Assembly: GCA_965242965.1 (NCBI GenBank)
Contig: OZ251518.1
Location: forward strand, 4,736,001 to 4,800,000
Length of the DNA: 64,000 nucleotides
Source: Candidatus Poribacteria bacterium
GTDB taxonomy: Bacteria > Poribacteria > WGA-4E > WGA-3G
Direction of reading: 5' to 3'
Both the position numbers and the translations under genes were made by a program. Numbering within the stretch: the first letter of the stretch is position 1; each line of letters opens with the position of its first letter. Positions 19,346 to 29,298 of this stretch are shown in pieces. The notes below the pieces were generated by a model. The model was not told where the DNA came from and made no database searches. It saw nothing but the letters and a program-made list of their open reading frames with translations.

Positions 19346-21142
19346 TTATGCGCGACTCTGGCGCAAGCGCGCTTCAAGTGCCGCTAACTCCTCCGACAAC
19401 ACCGCCGGCAACCGCTCGCCGAAACGCGCGTAATGCTCTCGGATAGAGCCGATTTCGTTCAGCCACTCTTCTACATCAACGTTCAGCAGTTCTGCCATCT
19501 GCTCTTCGGTGACATCCAAGCCGTCCGTGTCAATCCCGCCGGTGGCAGGCAGGTAACCGATAGGTGTCTCAACCGCTTCCACTTTTCCAGTGACGCGTTC
19601 GACAATCCATTTCAGGACGCGGCTGTTTTCGCCGAAGCCGGGCCACAGCCAGCCGCCATCGGCATCCTTCCGGAACCAGTTGACATAGAAAATCTTCGGC
19701 AGCTTGCTTGCATCGGTGCTTTTACCCATCTGCAGCCAGTGCGCGAAGTAGTCACCCATGTTGTAGCCGCAGAAAGGCAACATGGCCATCGGGTCGCGGC
19801 GGAGTTCCCCCACCGTCCCTGCCGCTGCTGCTGTCCGTTCCGAAGACATCGCGGAGCCGATGAACGTGCCGTGCTGCCAATTGAACGCCTCATAGACGAG
19901 CGGCACTGTCGTTGCACGTCTGCCGCCGAAGAGAATCGCCGAGATGGGCACCCCCGCGGGGTTCTCCCAGTTCGCATCGATGATGGGACACTGCGCGGCG
20001 GGTGTGGTATATCGCGCGTTCGGATGCGCCGCGGGCTTCTCATCGCCGGGGTGCCACTCTTCGCCGAGCCAACTCGTTAACGTCTCCGGCGGTTCCTCCG
20101 TTTGCTCTTCCCACCAGACATCGGTGTCGGGAGTGAGTGCCGCGTTCGTGAAGATGGAATTTGATGCCAAAGTATGCATCGCGTTCGGGTTGGTGTGCAT
20201 CGAGGTGCCGGGAGCAACGCCGAAGAACCCGGCTTCGGGGTTGATAGCATAGAGTCTGCCATCTTCACCAATTTTCATCCACGCGATGTCATCACCAATG
20301 CATTCCGCTTTCCACCCCGGAATCGTCGGTGTGAGCATGGCGAGGTTCGTCTTACCACACGCGCTCGGAAACGCCGCGGCGACATAAGTCTTCTCGCCTT
20401 CCGGGCTCGTCAACCCGACGATGAGCATGTGTTCCGCCATCCATCCATCATTTTTCGCCATGACAGACGCGATGCGGAGCGCGTAGCATTTTTTACCGAG
20501 CAGTGCATTGCCGCCATAGCCGCTCCCGAAGGACCAGATCGAACGTTCCTCCGGAAAATGGACGATGTATTTGTTATCCGGATTGCACGGCCAGACAACA
20601 TCCTCCTCTCCCGCTGCAAGCGGCATGCCGACGGAGTGTAAGCACGGCACAAAATCGCCATCTTCGCCGAGGACATCTAACACCGCGCTGCCAATGCGCG
20701 TCATAATCCGCATGTTGACAACGACATAGGGCGAATCGCTAATCTCCACCCCAATTTGCGAAATCGGCGAACCGAGCGGGCCCATGCTGAACGGCACGAC
20801 ATACATCGTTCTGCCCTTCATGCATCCCTTAAACAGCCCTTTCAGCGTCGTTTTCATGTCGGCCGGATCGTGCCAATTGTTAGTCGGTCCCGCTTCCGTT
20901 GGGGTTTTCGCGCAAATGAAGGTGCGCCCTTCAACGCGGGCGACATCTTCCGGGTTCGAGCGCGCGAGATAACTTCCGGGCCGCTTCGTCGGATCCAACC
21001 GAACAAAAGTGCCTTTTTGGACGAGTGCCTCGCATAGCCGTTCGTTCTCTTCCTGCGAACCATCGCACCAATAGATATTATCAGGTTGACACAGCTGGGC
21101 GGTTTCTTCCACCCAACTGCGTAGTTTCTCGTTGTTTGTCAT
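19346..21142 (-). CDS. pckG: Phosphoenolpyruvate carboxykinase (GTP)
   Basis: [37 protein letters not shown]. Confidence 0.97.
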   Translation of the reverse strand: MTNNEKLRSWVEETAQLCQPDNIYWCDGSQEENERLCEALVQKGTFVRLDPTKRPGSYLARSNPEDVARVEGRTFICAKTPTEAGPTNNWHDPADMKTTLKGLFKGCMKGRTMYVVPFSMGPLGSPISQIGVEISDSPYVVVNMRIMTRIGSAVLDVLGEDGDFVPCLHSVGMPLAAGEEDVVWPCNPDNKYIVHFPEERSIWSFGSGYGGNALLGKKCYALRIASVMAKNDGWMAEHMLIVGLTSPEGEKTYVAAAFPSACGKTNLAMLTPTIPGWKAECIGDDIAWMKIGEDGRLYAINPEAGFFGVAPGTSMHTNPNAMHTLASNSIFTNAALTPDTDVWWEEQTEEPPETLTSWLGEEWHPGDEKPAAHPNARYTTPAAQCPIIDANWENPAGVPISAILFGGRRATTVPLVYEAFNWQHGTFIGSAMSSERTAAAAGTVGELRRDPMAMLPFCGYNMGDYFAHWLQMGKSTDASKLPKIFYVNWFRKDADGGWLWPGFGENSRVLKWIVERVTGKVEAVETPIGYLPATGGIDTDGLDVTEEQMAELLNVDVEEWLNEIGSIREHYARFGERLPAVLSEELAALEARLRQSRA

Positions 21143-21246
21143 TCATTTCTCCTTTTGAGGCGCGCGTTCCAAGCGCGCCTACGGTTATTAAATCAAAAGC
21201 GGTGTTCGGTTTTTCCTGCACCGCAAACAGGTTTCCTTGCAACAAC

Positions 21247-21519
21247 TTAACGATAGGCATTCCTGCGATGTTTGATGCGATAAACGTCAATCAGGCGATG
21301 CCGTTCATCTATCTCATAGAGGACTCGGTAAGCTCCAACGCGGATTCGCCAATGAGAACCAGCCTCCCTTGCCAGTTTAACTGCACCACGTGGACGCGGG
21401 TTGTGTGCCAAACGCTGTAAAACAGCATTAATGCGATCGATGGCACTTTGCGGCAATCTCTGTAATTGCCGTTCGGCTCGTCCTTCCAAACGGACGCTAT
21501 AAATCGCCGGTGAATTCAA
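21247..21519 (-). CDS. RelE/ParE family toxin
   Basis: NPRPRGAVKL...WRIRVGAYRVLYEID...IKHRRNAYR. Confidence 0.9.
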   Translation of the reverse strand: MNSPAIYSVRLEGRAERQLQRLPQSAIDRINAVLQRLAHNPRPRGAVKLAREAGSHWRIRVGAYRVLYEIDERHRLIDVYRIKHRRNAYR

Positions 21520-21722
21520 AGTTTCCCCTCTGCTTTCAACTCGGCACGAATTTCGCTATAGTCCCGAAAAGTTGTTTCGGATCTTACAGCGACATCCATT
21601 TCCAGCGTATCCTCTAAATCCTCAATGTGTTCTATCAGAAGGCGATATTCCTTCATGGATAGAACAACCGCAGTCTTCCGTCCTTTAGCATTCACCAAGA
21701 ATCTGGGATTGACAGTAAACAT
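21516..21722 (-). CDS. Cognate antitoxin (Phd-like)
   Basis: KGRKTAVVLSMKEY...EDLED; GGAGG RBS; overlaps toxin start. Confidence 0.85.
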   Translation of the reverse strand: MFTVNPRFLVNAKGRKTAVVLSMKEYRLLIEHIEDLEDTLEMDVAVRSETTFRDYSEIRAELKAEGKL

Positions 21723-21772
21723 GAATAACCTCCTTCTGTGCAAAATACTCACGCATGTTCTGCACAGAATAT

Positions 21773-21801
21773 AGTATACCATAAATTTCGGCTTTTGTCA
21801 A
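21773..21801 (-). promoter_or_regulatory. sigma70 promoter of the TA operon
   Basis: TTGACA-17-TATACT with extended TG. Confidence 0.75.
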
Positions 21802-21807
21802 ATCAGA

Positions 21808-23625
21808 TTAAAACGCCGCGCCCAAATTGATATGAATTTTCCCGCGCAACGCCGATTCACCCGCGGCGAGTCCATAATCCAACCGCAGGATGCCGCCCTT
21901 CGATTCCAGTCGCACGCCGAGGCCATAGCCCACGCGCACTTTATCAAAAACGGAGGGACGTTCGATTAGCGTTACCGCACCCACATCGGTGAAAGCGAAC
22001 ACTTGTGATGCCTGCCCAACCAGAAACCGATACTCCAATGTGGCATGCACACGGCGCGGACCGGAAAACCAATCCTCATCGTAACCGCGCAAAGTGTTCG
22101 CGCCACCGAGATAGAAAAGTTCCGTTGACGGGATGTTTGTGCCCCACGCGGCGGCACCGTGTAACTCTAGCGCAACCGTCTGATTCCGCCATGTCGGAAA
22201 ATATTGCTGGAGCGAAAGCCAGACTTTGCGGAGCCGGAAGTCGCTGCGCGAAATCTCAAACGCGATGCTGTCACGCCTGCCCCGGGTCGGGTTGAGAAAA
22301 TAGTCGCGAGTATCGCGCGTGAACTGCAGCGTGAGGCTATACTTCGTGCCGCTGTAGGCCTCCTGCGCTGAGAGGGGGATATTATATGGATATAGAAATC
22401 TGTTCCCACTTTCCGGGGGGAGCCCTGCCAGATTCTCCGATGGAAAGCCTGTTTCTGGGATGTTAATGCGTTTATAGCCTAGCGTCAGCACGCCTTCAAA
22501 GACGCTGCCAAAATCGGTTTTGCCGCTCAAACTGGCAGAACGCTCATCAGATTCTGCTTCCGTAACCGGGTTGCGCTGTCGAAGTTGCGCGTATTCTACG
22601 CCGATAGCTATCGGCTTCCCCAGTATCCACGGTTCCTCGTAACCGAGACGCAGCGTGCTGCGCAAACCTGTTTTCCAATAGAAGTTGGCTTGTCTCCCGG
22701 TGCCTAACAGATTGGTTTCGCGTGCCTCAAGGACACCGGTGAGCCGCGGCGCGGTATCTGCTTCCGAATCCGGCGGCGCGTAACCGATGACACCGCTCAG
22801 TCTGCCGGTGCGCGCTTCGGTTACCCGAGCGTGAAAGTTAACCGTGTCATCCGATTTACCCGCCTCTAACACATTCGGATTGATTTGATAGAAATACCCT
22901 AAATTCCTCAGTCGTCGGTAACTCGCGTCAATTTCACCCTGGTCAAAGCGTGTGTCCGGTTTAAGCGAGATTTCACGCAACACCACCGCTTCTTTCGTTT
23001 TCTGCAACCCGCTGACTTTCACTTCACCGATGCGTATTGGCACGCCTTCGCGGATATGCAACTGAAAATCCACGGTGCCCTTTTCCGATGAGAACTGAAA
23101 ATCTGTCGGTTCAACCTCAATTTTCGGATAGCCGTGTTCGCTGGACAACATCTGAATTCTCTCAATACCACGCGCCAGAGCGGTATCCGTGAAAAGTTGT
23201 CCCTCCCGTAAACCGAGGGCGCGGCGTATATCGTCTTGAGAAATCGGAATTGCGTGCGATGGATTCCAATGAATCGTTATCACACCCGTGCGGAGGCGTT
23301 TTCCTTCAACTACCTTGGCGATGAGGGATACCTGCTCTTTCGCAACGGCTGTAACTTCAGGCGTTATCTCGGCGAACACAAATCCCTCTTTCCGATATGC
23401 GGCCAGAAGCCGCTCAAAACCCGCAACAATTTCAGCACGAGTGTAGGTTTCTCCCACTTGCAACCCAAAACGGGTTTCCAACGTTGGCCTATTAAGGTGT
23501 TCGTTGCCTTCAAAGCGGATCTGGCGAATGCGATAAGACTGCGCCGCCTCTTCAACCTCGCACAGAACGTTTGTCAGGACAGAATAAAAAAGTAAACTCA
23601 GCAGTGCCAGCAGATGCACGCGCAT
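21808..23625 (-). CDS. BamA/TamA (Omp85) family outer membrane protein with POTRA domains
   Basis: IRFEGN POTRA, ETNLLGTG, FYLGGANTLRGY, terminal F. Confidence 0.9.
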   Translation of the reverse strand: MRVHLLALLSLLFYSVLTNVLCEVEEAAQSYRIRQIRFEGNEHLNRPTLETRFGLQVGETYTRAEIVAGFERLLAAYRKEGFVFAEITPEVTAVAKEQVSLIAKVVEGKRLRTGVITIHWNPSHAIPISQDDIRRALGLREGQLFTDTALARGIERIQMLSSEHGYPKIEVEPTDFQFSSEKGTVDFQLHIREGVPIRIGEVKVSGLQKTKEAVVLREISLKPDTRFDQGEIDASYRRLRNLGYFYQINPNVLEAGKSDDTVNFHARVTEARTGRLSGVIGYAPPDSEADTAPRLTGVLEARETNLLGTGRQANFYWKTGLRSTLRLGYEEPWILGKPIAIGVEYAQLRQRNPVTEAESDERSASLSGKTDFGSVFEGVLTLGYKRINIPETGFPSENLAGLPPESGNRFLYPYNIPLSAQEAYSGTKYSLTLQFTRDTRDYFLNPTRGRRDSIAFEISRSDFRLRKVWLSLQQYFPTWRNQTVALELHGAAAWGTNIPSTELFYLGGANTLRGYDEDWFSGPRRVHATLEYRFLVGQASQVFAFTDVGAVTLIERPSVFDKVRVGYGLGVRLESKGGILRLDYGLAAGESALRGKIHINLGAAF

Positions 23626-23750
23626 TGTGGTGTTTCCCTCTCGCGTATTTTATGGGACTATTTTAACACACAGGACGCGTTCAATGCAAACTAAATAGGA
23701 AGAAATTGAATTGCGCAAATTCTACCAAATTTCGCGTAGAAAAAATAAAT

Positions 23751-23779
23751 TTGCTAAAAAGCGTAAAATGTGGTATTAT
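23751..23779 (+). promoter_or_regulatory. sigma70 promoter
   Basis: TTGCTA-17-TATTAT with extended TG. Confidence 0.6.
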
Positions 23780-23839
23780 ATACTACAAACTTGCGAAACT
23801 ATCAATTATTTGCATTAGATTTTTGGAGCGACACAGATT

Positions 23840-25825
23840 ATGCCAAATGCCTTACTTGTCTATCCGGAGTTTCCGCCCTCGTTTTGGGGCTTTAAATACG
23901 CCTTGGACTTCGTCGGGAAACGATCTTCGATGCCGCCCCTCGGACTCTTAACAATCGCAGGGATGTTCCCTAAGCATTACGGGCTGAAAGCCGTCGATAT
24001 GAACATCGAACCGCTGACCGAGGCGCATCTGGAATGGGCAGATGTCGTCCTCACCTCAACGATGATTGTTCAGAAAGAATCGTTTTATGAAGTGGTGGAG
24101 CGATGTAATCGCGCCGGCGTGCCTATTATTGCGGGCGGACCGCACCCAACCTCTTACCACGACAATATCCGGGAGGAATGCGATGGCACCGTAGATCATT
24201 TCCTCTTCGGCGAGGTGGAAGAGACGTTTGAAGGGTTCTTAACGGACTTTGAGAGTGGCGCCGCGCAGGAAGTCTACCGCGAGACTCGCAAGCCGGCGAT
24301 TACCCTCGCGCCGCTGCCGCGCTATGATTTGATTGACATCAACGCCTACGGTTCGATGGCACTTCAATTTTCGCGCGGATGCCCGTTTAACTGCGAATTC
24401 TGCGACATCACGAAACTATTCGGGCGCGTGCCACGCACCAAGACGAACGAACAGATGCTCTCGGAATTCGAGATGCTCTACCAACTCGGTTGGAACGGCG
24501 CGATGTTTGTCGTTGACGATAACTTCATCGGCAATAAGCGCGACGCGATGCGCTTACTACCCGCTGTCACTGAATGGCAGAGAGAACGGAATTTCCCCTT
24601 CTCTCTCTATACCGAGGCAAGCGTGAACCTCGTTGAAATCCCGGAGATGCTTGACGCGATGAGCGATGCCGGGTTTAACATGGTATTCCTCGGCATTGAG
24701 AGCCCGAACGATACCGCGCTCCTCAGCACTTCCAAGGGACAGAACACCAGCAAGGACGAAGATGCCAGCAGTTACCTGCTCCGCGCTGTCCGGAAAATCC
24801 AGAGCAGAGGGATGGAAGTCACCGGCGGATTTATCATCGGGCTTGATGGCGACACGGAGTTTGACTCGCACATCGATTTCATTCAGGAAGCCGGCATCCC
24901 GATGGCGATGGCGGGACTGCTGACGGCGTTGAAAGAGACGGATCTCTGGCATCGCTTGAAACAGGAAGACCGGCTGCTTGTCGAATCTAGCGGCAACAAC
25001 ACCGATATGACGCTGAATTTCGTTCCGGAGATGCCGCGCGAGCAACTCTTGTCCGAATACCGCCGCGTCATCTCAACCCTCTATGATCCGACGTTGAAAA
25101 ACTATTTTGACCGGTGTCTCACTCTCTTGCAGCACATGCGTCCAACCGGGCACAATGTCAGGAGCATCGGTAAAATGGAGCTTACCGGCTTTATGCGCTC
25201 CATCCAGCGGCAACTTTTCTCGAAGCAGGGTATCGCCTATGCCCGCTACCTCGTGAAGGTGCTGAAGGACCATCGTGGCATGCTACCCGAGGCAGTGCGG
25301 CTAGCAGTCATGGGCTACCATCTGGAGAAAATGACGCGTCACACCGTCGCCGTTGAGGATTTCCGGAACCTCCTAGCCGATGAGATGGACGCGTTCAAGG
25401 CGCACATCGCGCAATTCGCAAAGACGCAAGGCGAGCGGATGAGCGAAGTGAGTCAATACGCGCAGCAACTCTCCACCCGTGTCAAGGCGGAATACGACAC
25501 GATTCATGAAGATTTCCGATACGCGGCGCACGAAGCACTCGCGGGATTCCAGACCTCGGTGTTCAAGGAATACCTTGAAGCGGAGTTTGACGCTTTCAAA
25601 GCGACGGTTTCCGGCTTCGCGAAGGCGCAAAGCGACCGGCTCGGTGAGGTGCAGTCTTACGTGCAGAACCTGTTCGCCCGCGTCCGCTCTCAGCACGAAC
25701 AACTGCACGACGATTTCAAGCATAACGTCCAAGAGACGTTTGACGCTTTTCAGGAGTCCGTCACGCGGCATTTAGAGCAACTTTTCGGGTGTGTCCCGGT
25801 GCAAATTGAAGAGTTGCAGGCGTAA
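23840..25825 (+). CDS. B12-binding radical SAM protein (DUF4070 type) with duplicated helical C-terminal extension
   Basis: PPLGLLT, GGPHPT, RGCPFNCEFC, VDDNFIG. Confidence 0.9.
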   Translation: MPNALLVYPEFPPSFWGFKYALDFVGKRSSMPPLGLLTIAGMFPKHYGLKAVDMNIEPLTEAHLEWADVVLTSTMIVQKESFYEVVERCNRAGVPIIAGGPHPTSYHDNIREECDGTVDHFLFGEVEETFEGFLTDFESGAAQEVYRETRKPAITLAPLPRYDLIDINAYGSMALQFSRGCPFNCEFCDITKLFGRVPRTKTNEQMLSEFEMLYQLGWNGAMFVVDDNFIGNKRDAMRLLPAVTEWQRERNFPFSLYTEASVNLVEIPEMLDAMSDAGFNMVFLGIESPNDTALLSTSKGQNTSKDEDASSYLLRAVRKIQSRGMEVTGGFIIGLDGDTEFDSHIDFIQEAGIPMAMAGLLTALKETDLWHRLKQEDRLLVESSGNNTDMTLNFVPEMPREQLLSEYRRVISTLYDPTLKNYFDRCLTLLQHMRPTGHNVRSIGKMELTGFMRSIQRQLFSKQGIAYARYLVKVLKDHRGMLPEAVRLAVMGYHLEKMTRHTVAVEDFRNLLADEMDAFKAHIAQFAKTQGERMSEVSQYAQQLSTRVKAEYDTIHEDFRYAAHEALAGFQTSVFKEYLEAEFDAFKATVSGFAKAQSDRLGEVQSYVQNLFARVRSQHEQLHDDFKHNVQETFDAFQESVTRHLEQLFGCVPVQIEELQA

Positions 25826-25861
25826 ACACGCGTCTGCACGCGATCTGGATTCGGGGCCCTC

Positions 25862-27421
25862 ATGCCGTTTATTGAGATAGATAACCTTCATTTTACCTAT
25901 CCGAGTCGCGAGACACCGACGCTCCGCGGCATTAATGCCACCGTTGCATCTGGCGACTTTGTGTTGCTCACAGGCCCGACAGGCTGTGGTAAATCCACGT
26001 TACTGCGAACGATGAACGGCTTAATCCCACATTCTTCGACAGGAACGCTCAGTGGCAGCGTTCGCCTCGATGGAAAAAATGTGGCGGAACAGCCCATCGC
26101 AGTGACGTGTCGGCAGGTAGGACTCTTGTTCCAAAACCCTGACGAACAACTCTTTTGCACGCGCGTTGAAGACGAGATCGCATTTGGGCTGGAAAACCTC
26201 GGGCTCCCACCCGAACAAATCGCGCCGCGCATTGACGAGGCACTCACGCAAGTAGGCTTACACGGCTTCCGGGAACGGCGGATTTCAGAACTTTCCGGCG
26301 GCGAAAAACAGCGCGTCGCGCTCGCATGCTTCTGCGCAATGCAACCACAGGTGCTACTCCTCGATGAACCGACTAGCCACCTCGATGCTCGCGGGACAAG
26401 CGACATCCTTGACATCATTAAACGACTGAACACGACTCTAGGAATCACAACGATTTTAGCGACGCACCGCACCGCCGAAGTCGCGCCGTTATGCACCCGC
26501 GTCTGGCTCATGCACGAAGGCGAACTCTGCTTGGATAAACCGAAAGACGAGGCATTCACCAATCCTGAGCCCTACCACCGTCTGGGAGTCCAAGTACCGG
26601 TAGGAGAGACCTCCTGGTCTCGATGCAATACCCTTATCGGGACAAGGATGTCCCTCCTACCCCATGCGGGTGCGGTAGGCGAGCCCTCCCGGTCTCGATG
26701 CACCCCTTCCCTACTCCTCACTCTCCGCAACGTCAGTTTCCGCTATCCGAACACCGATGCCGTCGCGTTAAAACCGACTTCTTCCGAGGTTTGCCGCGGT
26801 GAAGTAGTCGCCATCATGGGCGCGAACGGTTCGGGAAAGACGACATTAATTCATCTCATGGCAGGTCTGCTTCGGCCATCAGCGGGTGAACTCAGCGTCG
26901 CGGATAAGAGGGTGAGTCGAAAAAAACGTCCTAAACTCCACCAACTCGCGGGAAAAGTCGGCATCGTGTTCCAAAATCCAGATCTACTCTTACAAGCCGA
27001 ATCCGTCACCGATGAGGTGGCTTTCGGCCCCAAAAACCTGAAATTAGCCCGCGCGTCGCTCCAAACCCGTGTCACTGATACGCTTTCGCGCTTCGATTTG
27101 GACTGTCTTGCCACCGAGGCACCTTATTCACTTTCACGCGGACAACGTCAGCGCGTCGCCGTTGCGGCAAACTTTTCGCTCTATCCTGAACTCTTTCTAC
27201 TAGACGAACCCACCACGGGACAGGACGCGCAACACCTGCATCAGTTGATGGACGAATTATGCGCTGAAATCAAGCGAGAAAACAGAAGCCTTATTTTCGC
27301 CACGCACGATGTGCAACTCACGTTAACCTACGCAGACCGGGTGTGGTTGCTTCGGGAAGGGGAATTGATTTTTGATGGGCATCCCGATACCGCGCCGTTG
27401 CAACAGGCTTCGTTAATGTAA
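25862..27421 (+). CDS. ECF transporter fused double ATPase (REP insertion in linker)
   Basis: Two Walker A motifs, two FQNPD motifs, LSGGEKQR and LSRGQRQR. Confidence 0.9.
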   Translation: MPFIEIDNLHFTYPSRETPTLRGINATVASGDFVLLTGPTGCGKSTLLRTMNGLIPHSSTGTLSGSVRLDGKNVAEQPIAVTCRQVGLLFQNPDEQLFCTRVEDEIAFGLENLGLPPEQIAPRIDEALTQVGLHGFRERRISELSGGEKQRVALACFCAMQPQVLLLDEPTSHLDARGTSDILDIIKRLNTTLGITTILATHRTAEVAPLCTRVWLMHEGELCLDKPKDEAFTNPEPYHRLGVQVPVGETSWSRCNTLIGTRMSLLPHAGAVGEPSRSRCTPSLLLTLRNVSFRYPNTDAVALKPTSSEVCRGEVVAIMGANGSGKTTLIHLMAGLLRPSAGELSVADKRVSRKKRPKLHQLAGKVGIVFQNPDLLLQAESVTDEVAFGPKNLKLARASLQTRVTDTLSRFDLDCLATEAPYSLSRGQRQRVAVAANFSLYPELFLLDEPTTGQDAQHLHQLMDELCAEIKRENRSLIFATHDVQLTLTYADRVWLLREGELIFDGHPDTAPLQQASLM

Positions 27422-27434
27422 AGGAAATACCCCT

Positions 27435-28283
27435 ATGCTAACCCCCCGCGCCAAAATCCTCATGATGCTGATGAGCGGATGCCTCGTCATCTTGCTGGAC
27501 AGTCCAAGCGCGCTGCTGAGCTGTTTCCTTGCGAGTCTGACGCTTATCGCGCTCTCAAAACCGACGCTGCGCCAGATACGCCTCCTCGCTGTTTTCCTCT
27601 TTTTTACGACGTGGGGGTTAATTTACAGTCAGGCAATTTTCTACAATGCCTCGCCGCGCACGGTGTTTCTGACGCTCGTCCCCGCGGATTTCCCATTCAT
27701 CGGTGAAATGACAGGCGGCATCCGCGTCTATCGCGAAGGGCTCTTTCACGGCATCGTCCAATCCCTTCGCTTTAATACGACGCTCACCCTCGGCTGTTTC
27801 ATTATCTGGACGACGCAACCCCGCGACTTGCTCCGTGCTTTGGTGCAGTTGCGGGTGCCTGGCACACTCGCCTTCATGGTAACCACCGCGCTCCATTTTA
27901 TCCCCGTGATTGCAAACGAGGCGGCGACAGTCCTCCGTTCACAGCGATTGCGCGGATTTCGTTATTTACGGATGAACTTGTTCGCCACAGTGCGCGGTAT
28001 CCTTAACAGTTTTCGTCCGATTTTGGCAGGTAACATCCGCCATGCGACGCAACTCGGCGAATCGGTTGAGAGCCGCGGGTTTTCGCCGGATGCGGAACGT
28101 CACGCGCGTTTCCAAGATGCGTCTACAAAAATGCGGTTTTGGGACCTAGGTCTGCTTTCGGGCCTGGCAACCTGCGTCATCGGCATCGTCTGTCTGAAGG
28201 TGCTTTATTTCTGTTATGCGAATGGGCTCTATTACGCCTCGTGGCTGCGGCATGCATATACCTTCACGCGGGAAGTGTTGTAA
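27435..28283 (+). CDS. ECF transporter transmembrane T component
   Basis: ALHFIP, QRLRG, ESRG motifs. Confidence 0.85.
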   Translation: MLTPRAKILMMLMSGCLVILLDSPSALLSCFLASLTLIALSKPTLRQIRLLAVFLFFTTWGLIYSQAIFYNASPRTVFLTLVPADFPFIGEMTGGIRVYREGLFHGIVQSLRFNTTLTLGCFIIWTTQPRDLLRALVQLRVPGTLAFMVTTALHFIPVIANEAATVLRSQRLRGFRYLRMNLFATVRGILNSFRPILAGNIRHATQLGESVESRGFSPDAERHARFQDASTKMRFWDLGLLSGLATCVIGIVCLKVLYFCYANGLYYASWLRHAYTFTREVL

Positions 28284-28323
28284 TCGCAAAGGCATGCGGC
28301 GTGGACAGAATAAATAAAAAAAG

Positions 28324-28352
28324 TTGACAAACGCGCGATTTTGTGGTATTAT
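28324..28352 (+). promoter_or_regulatory. rpsT promoter
   Basis: TTGACA-17-TATTAT. Confidence 0.75.
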
Positions 28353-28539
28353 ATTATAGTAGTGACGCAGACGAACCTGGGTAGGAGAGACCTCCTGGTC
28401 TCGATGCCCTCATCATATTGTAGGAGTGACGCAGACGAACCTGGGTAGGCGCGTTTTGAAACCGCGTCTATCAGTGAGGGATTCTTGCATCTGCGTCCAG
28501 ACTGATTATATCAACCTAACTCAAAAAAGGAGTTTACCT

Positions 28540-28812
28540 GTGAATCGAAAATCAGCAATGAAGCACGCACGTGCGGATGAAACCAAACGTGTGAGAAACC
28601 GACACCGTAAATCGACGCTACGCACGCTGCTCCGGCAAACCGAGGATGCTCTTGACGCTGGCAACGTTGAGGCCGCACAGACATTATTCCGTTCTTCGGC
28701 GAGTCTACTGGACCGGGCGGCTGGCAAGGGTGTCATCAAAAAAGGCACGGCGAACCGCCAAAAGTCGCGTCTCAACCGCAAACTGAACGCGCTCATCGCG
28801 GCCGCGGCATAA
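28540..28812 (+). CDS. rpsT: 30S ribosomal protein S20
   Basis: KSAMK...RNRHRKSTLRT...LDRAAGKGVIKKGTANRQKSRL; AAGGAG RBS, GTG start. Confidence 0.95.
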   Translation: MNRKSAMKHARADETKRVRNRHRKSTLRTLLRQTEDALDAGNVEAAQTLFRSSASLLDRAAGKGVIKKGTANRQKSRLNRKLNALIAAAA

Positions 28813-28828
28813 TCGGATAGGCGGATAA

Positions 28829-29270
28829 GCAGTAGGAGAGCCCCGGCAACCGTAGCGCGAGGGCCTGTCCCTCGCGTGCTGTCTCGATGCCCTCTTGCAG
28901 CAGGAGAGCCCCGCCAACCGTAGCGCGAGGGCCTGTCCCTCGCGTGCTGTCTCGATGTCCTCTTGCAGTAGGAGAGCCCCGCCAACCGTAGCGCGAGGGC
29001 CTGTCCCTCGCGTGCTGTCTCGATGTCCTCTTGCAGTAGGAGAGCCCCGCCAACCGTAGCGCGAGGGCCTGTCCCTCGCGTGCTGTCTCAATGCCCATGC
29101 AGTAGGAGAGCCCCGCCAACCGTAGCGCGAGGGCCTGTCCCTCGCGTGCTGTCTCAATGGCCTCTTGCAGTAGGCGAGACCTCGGGCCTCGATGCAGGCG
29201 GTGGTATCGGGACAAGGATGTCCCGCCTACCGAAAACACATGTCGGGACAAGGATGTCCCGCCTACGGGA
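28829..29270. repeat. Tandem array of five 66-68-bp nested REP units plus trailing REPs
   Basis: Unit starts at 28831, 28899, 28967, 29035 and 29101. Confidence 0.9.
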
Positions 29271-29298
29271 ATCTTCATTAGATCCGCCGATAAATGCC

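Noticed and set aside
28829-29195. CRISPR array
   Set aside because: Units are near-identical throughout with no unique spacers, they are made of REP sequence, and there are no cas genes
29023-29298. N-terminal extension of RsmB (likewise track starts at 2260, 6805, 43503, 47329)
   Set aside because: The extensions are translations of REP sequence; downstream starts with an RBS or family-typical N-termini fit better
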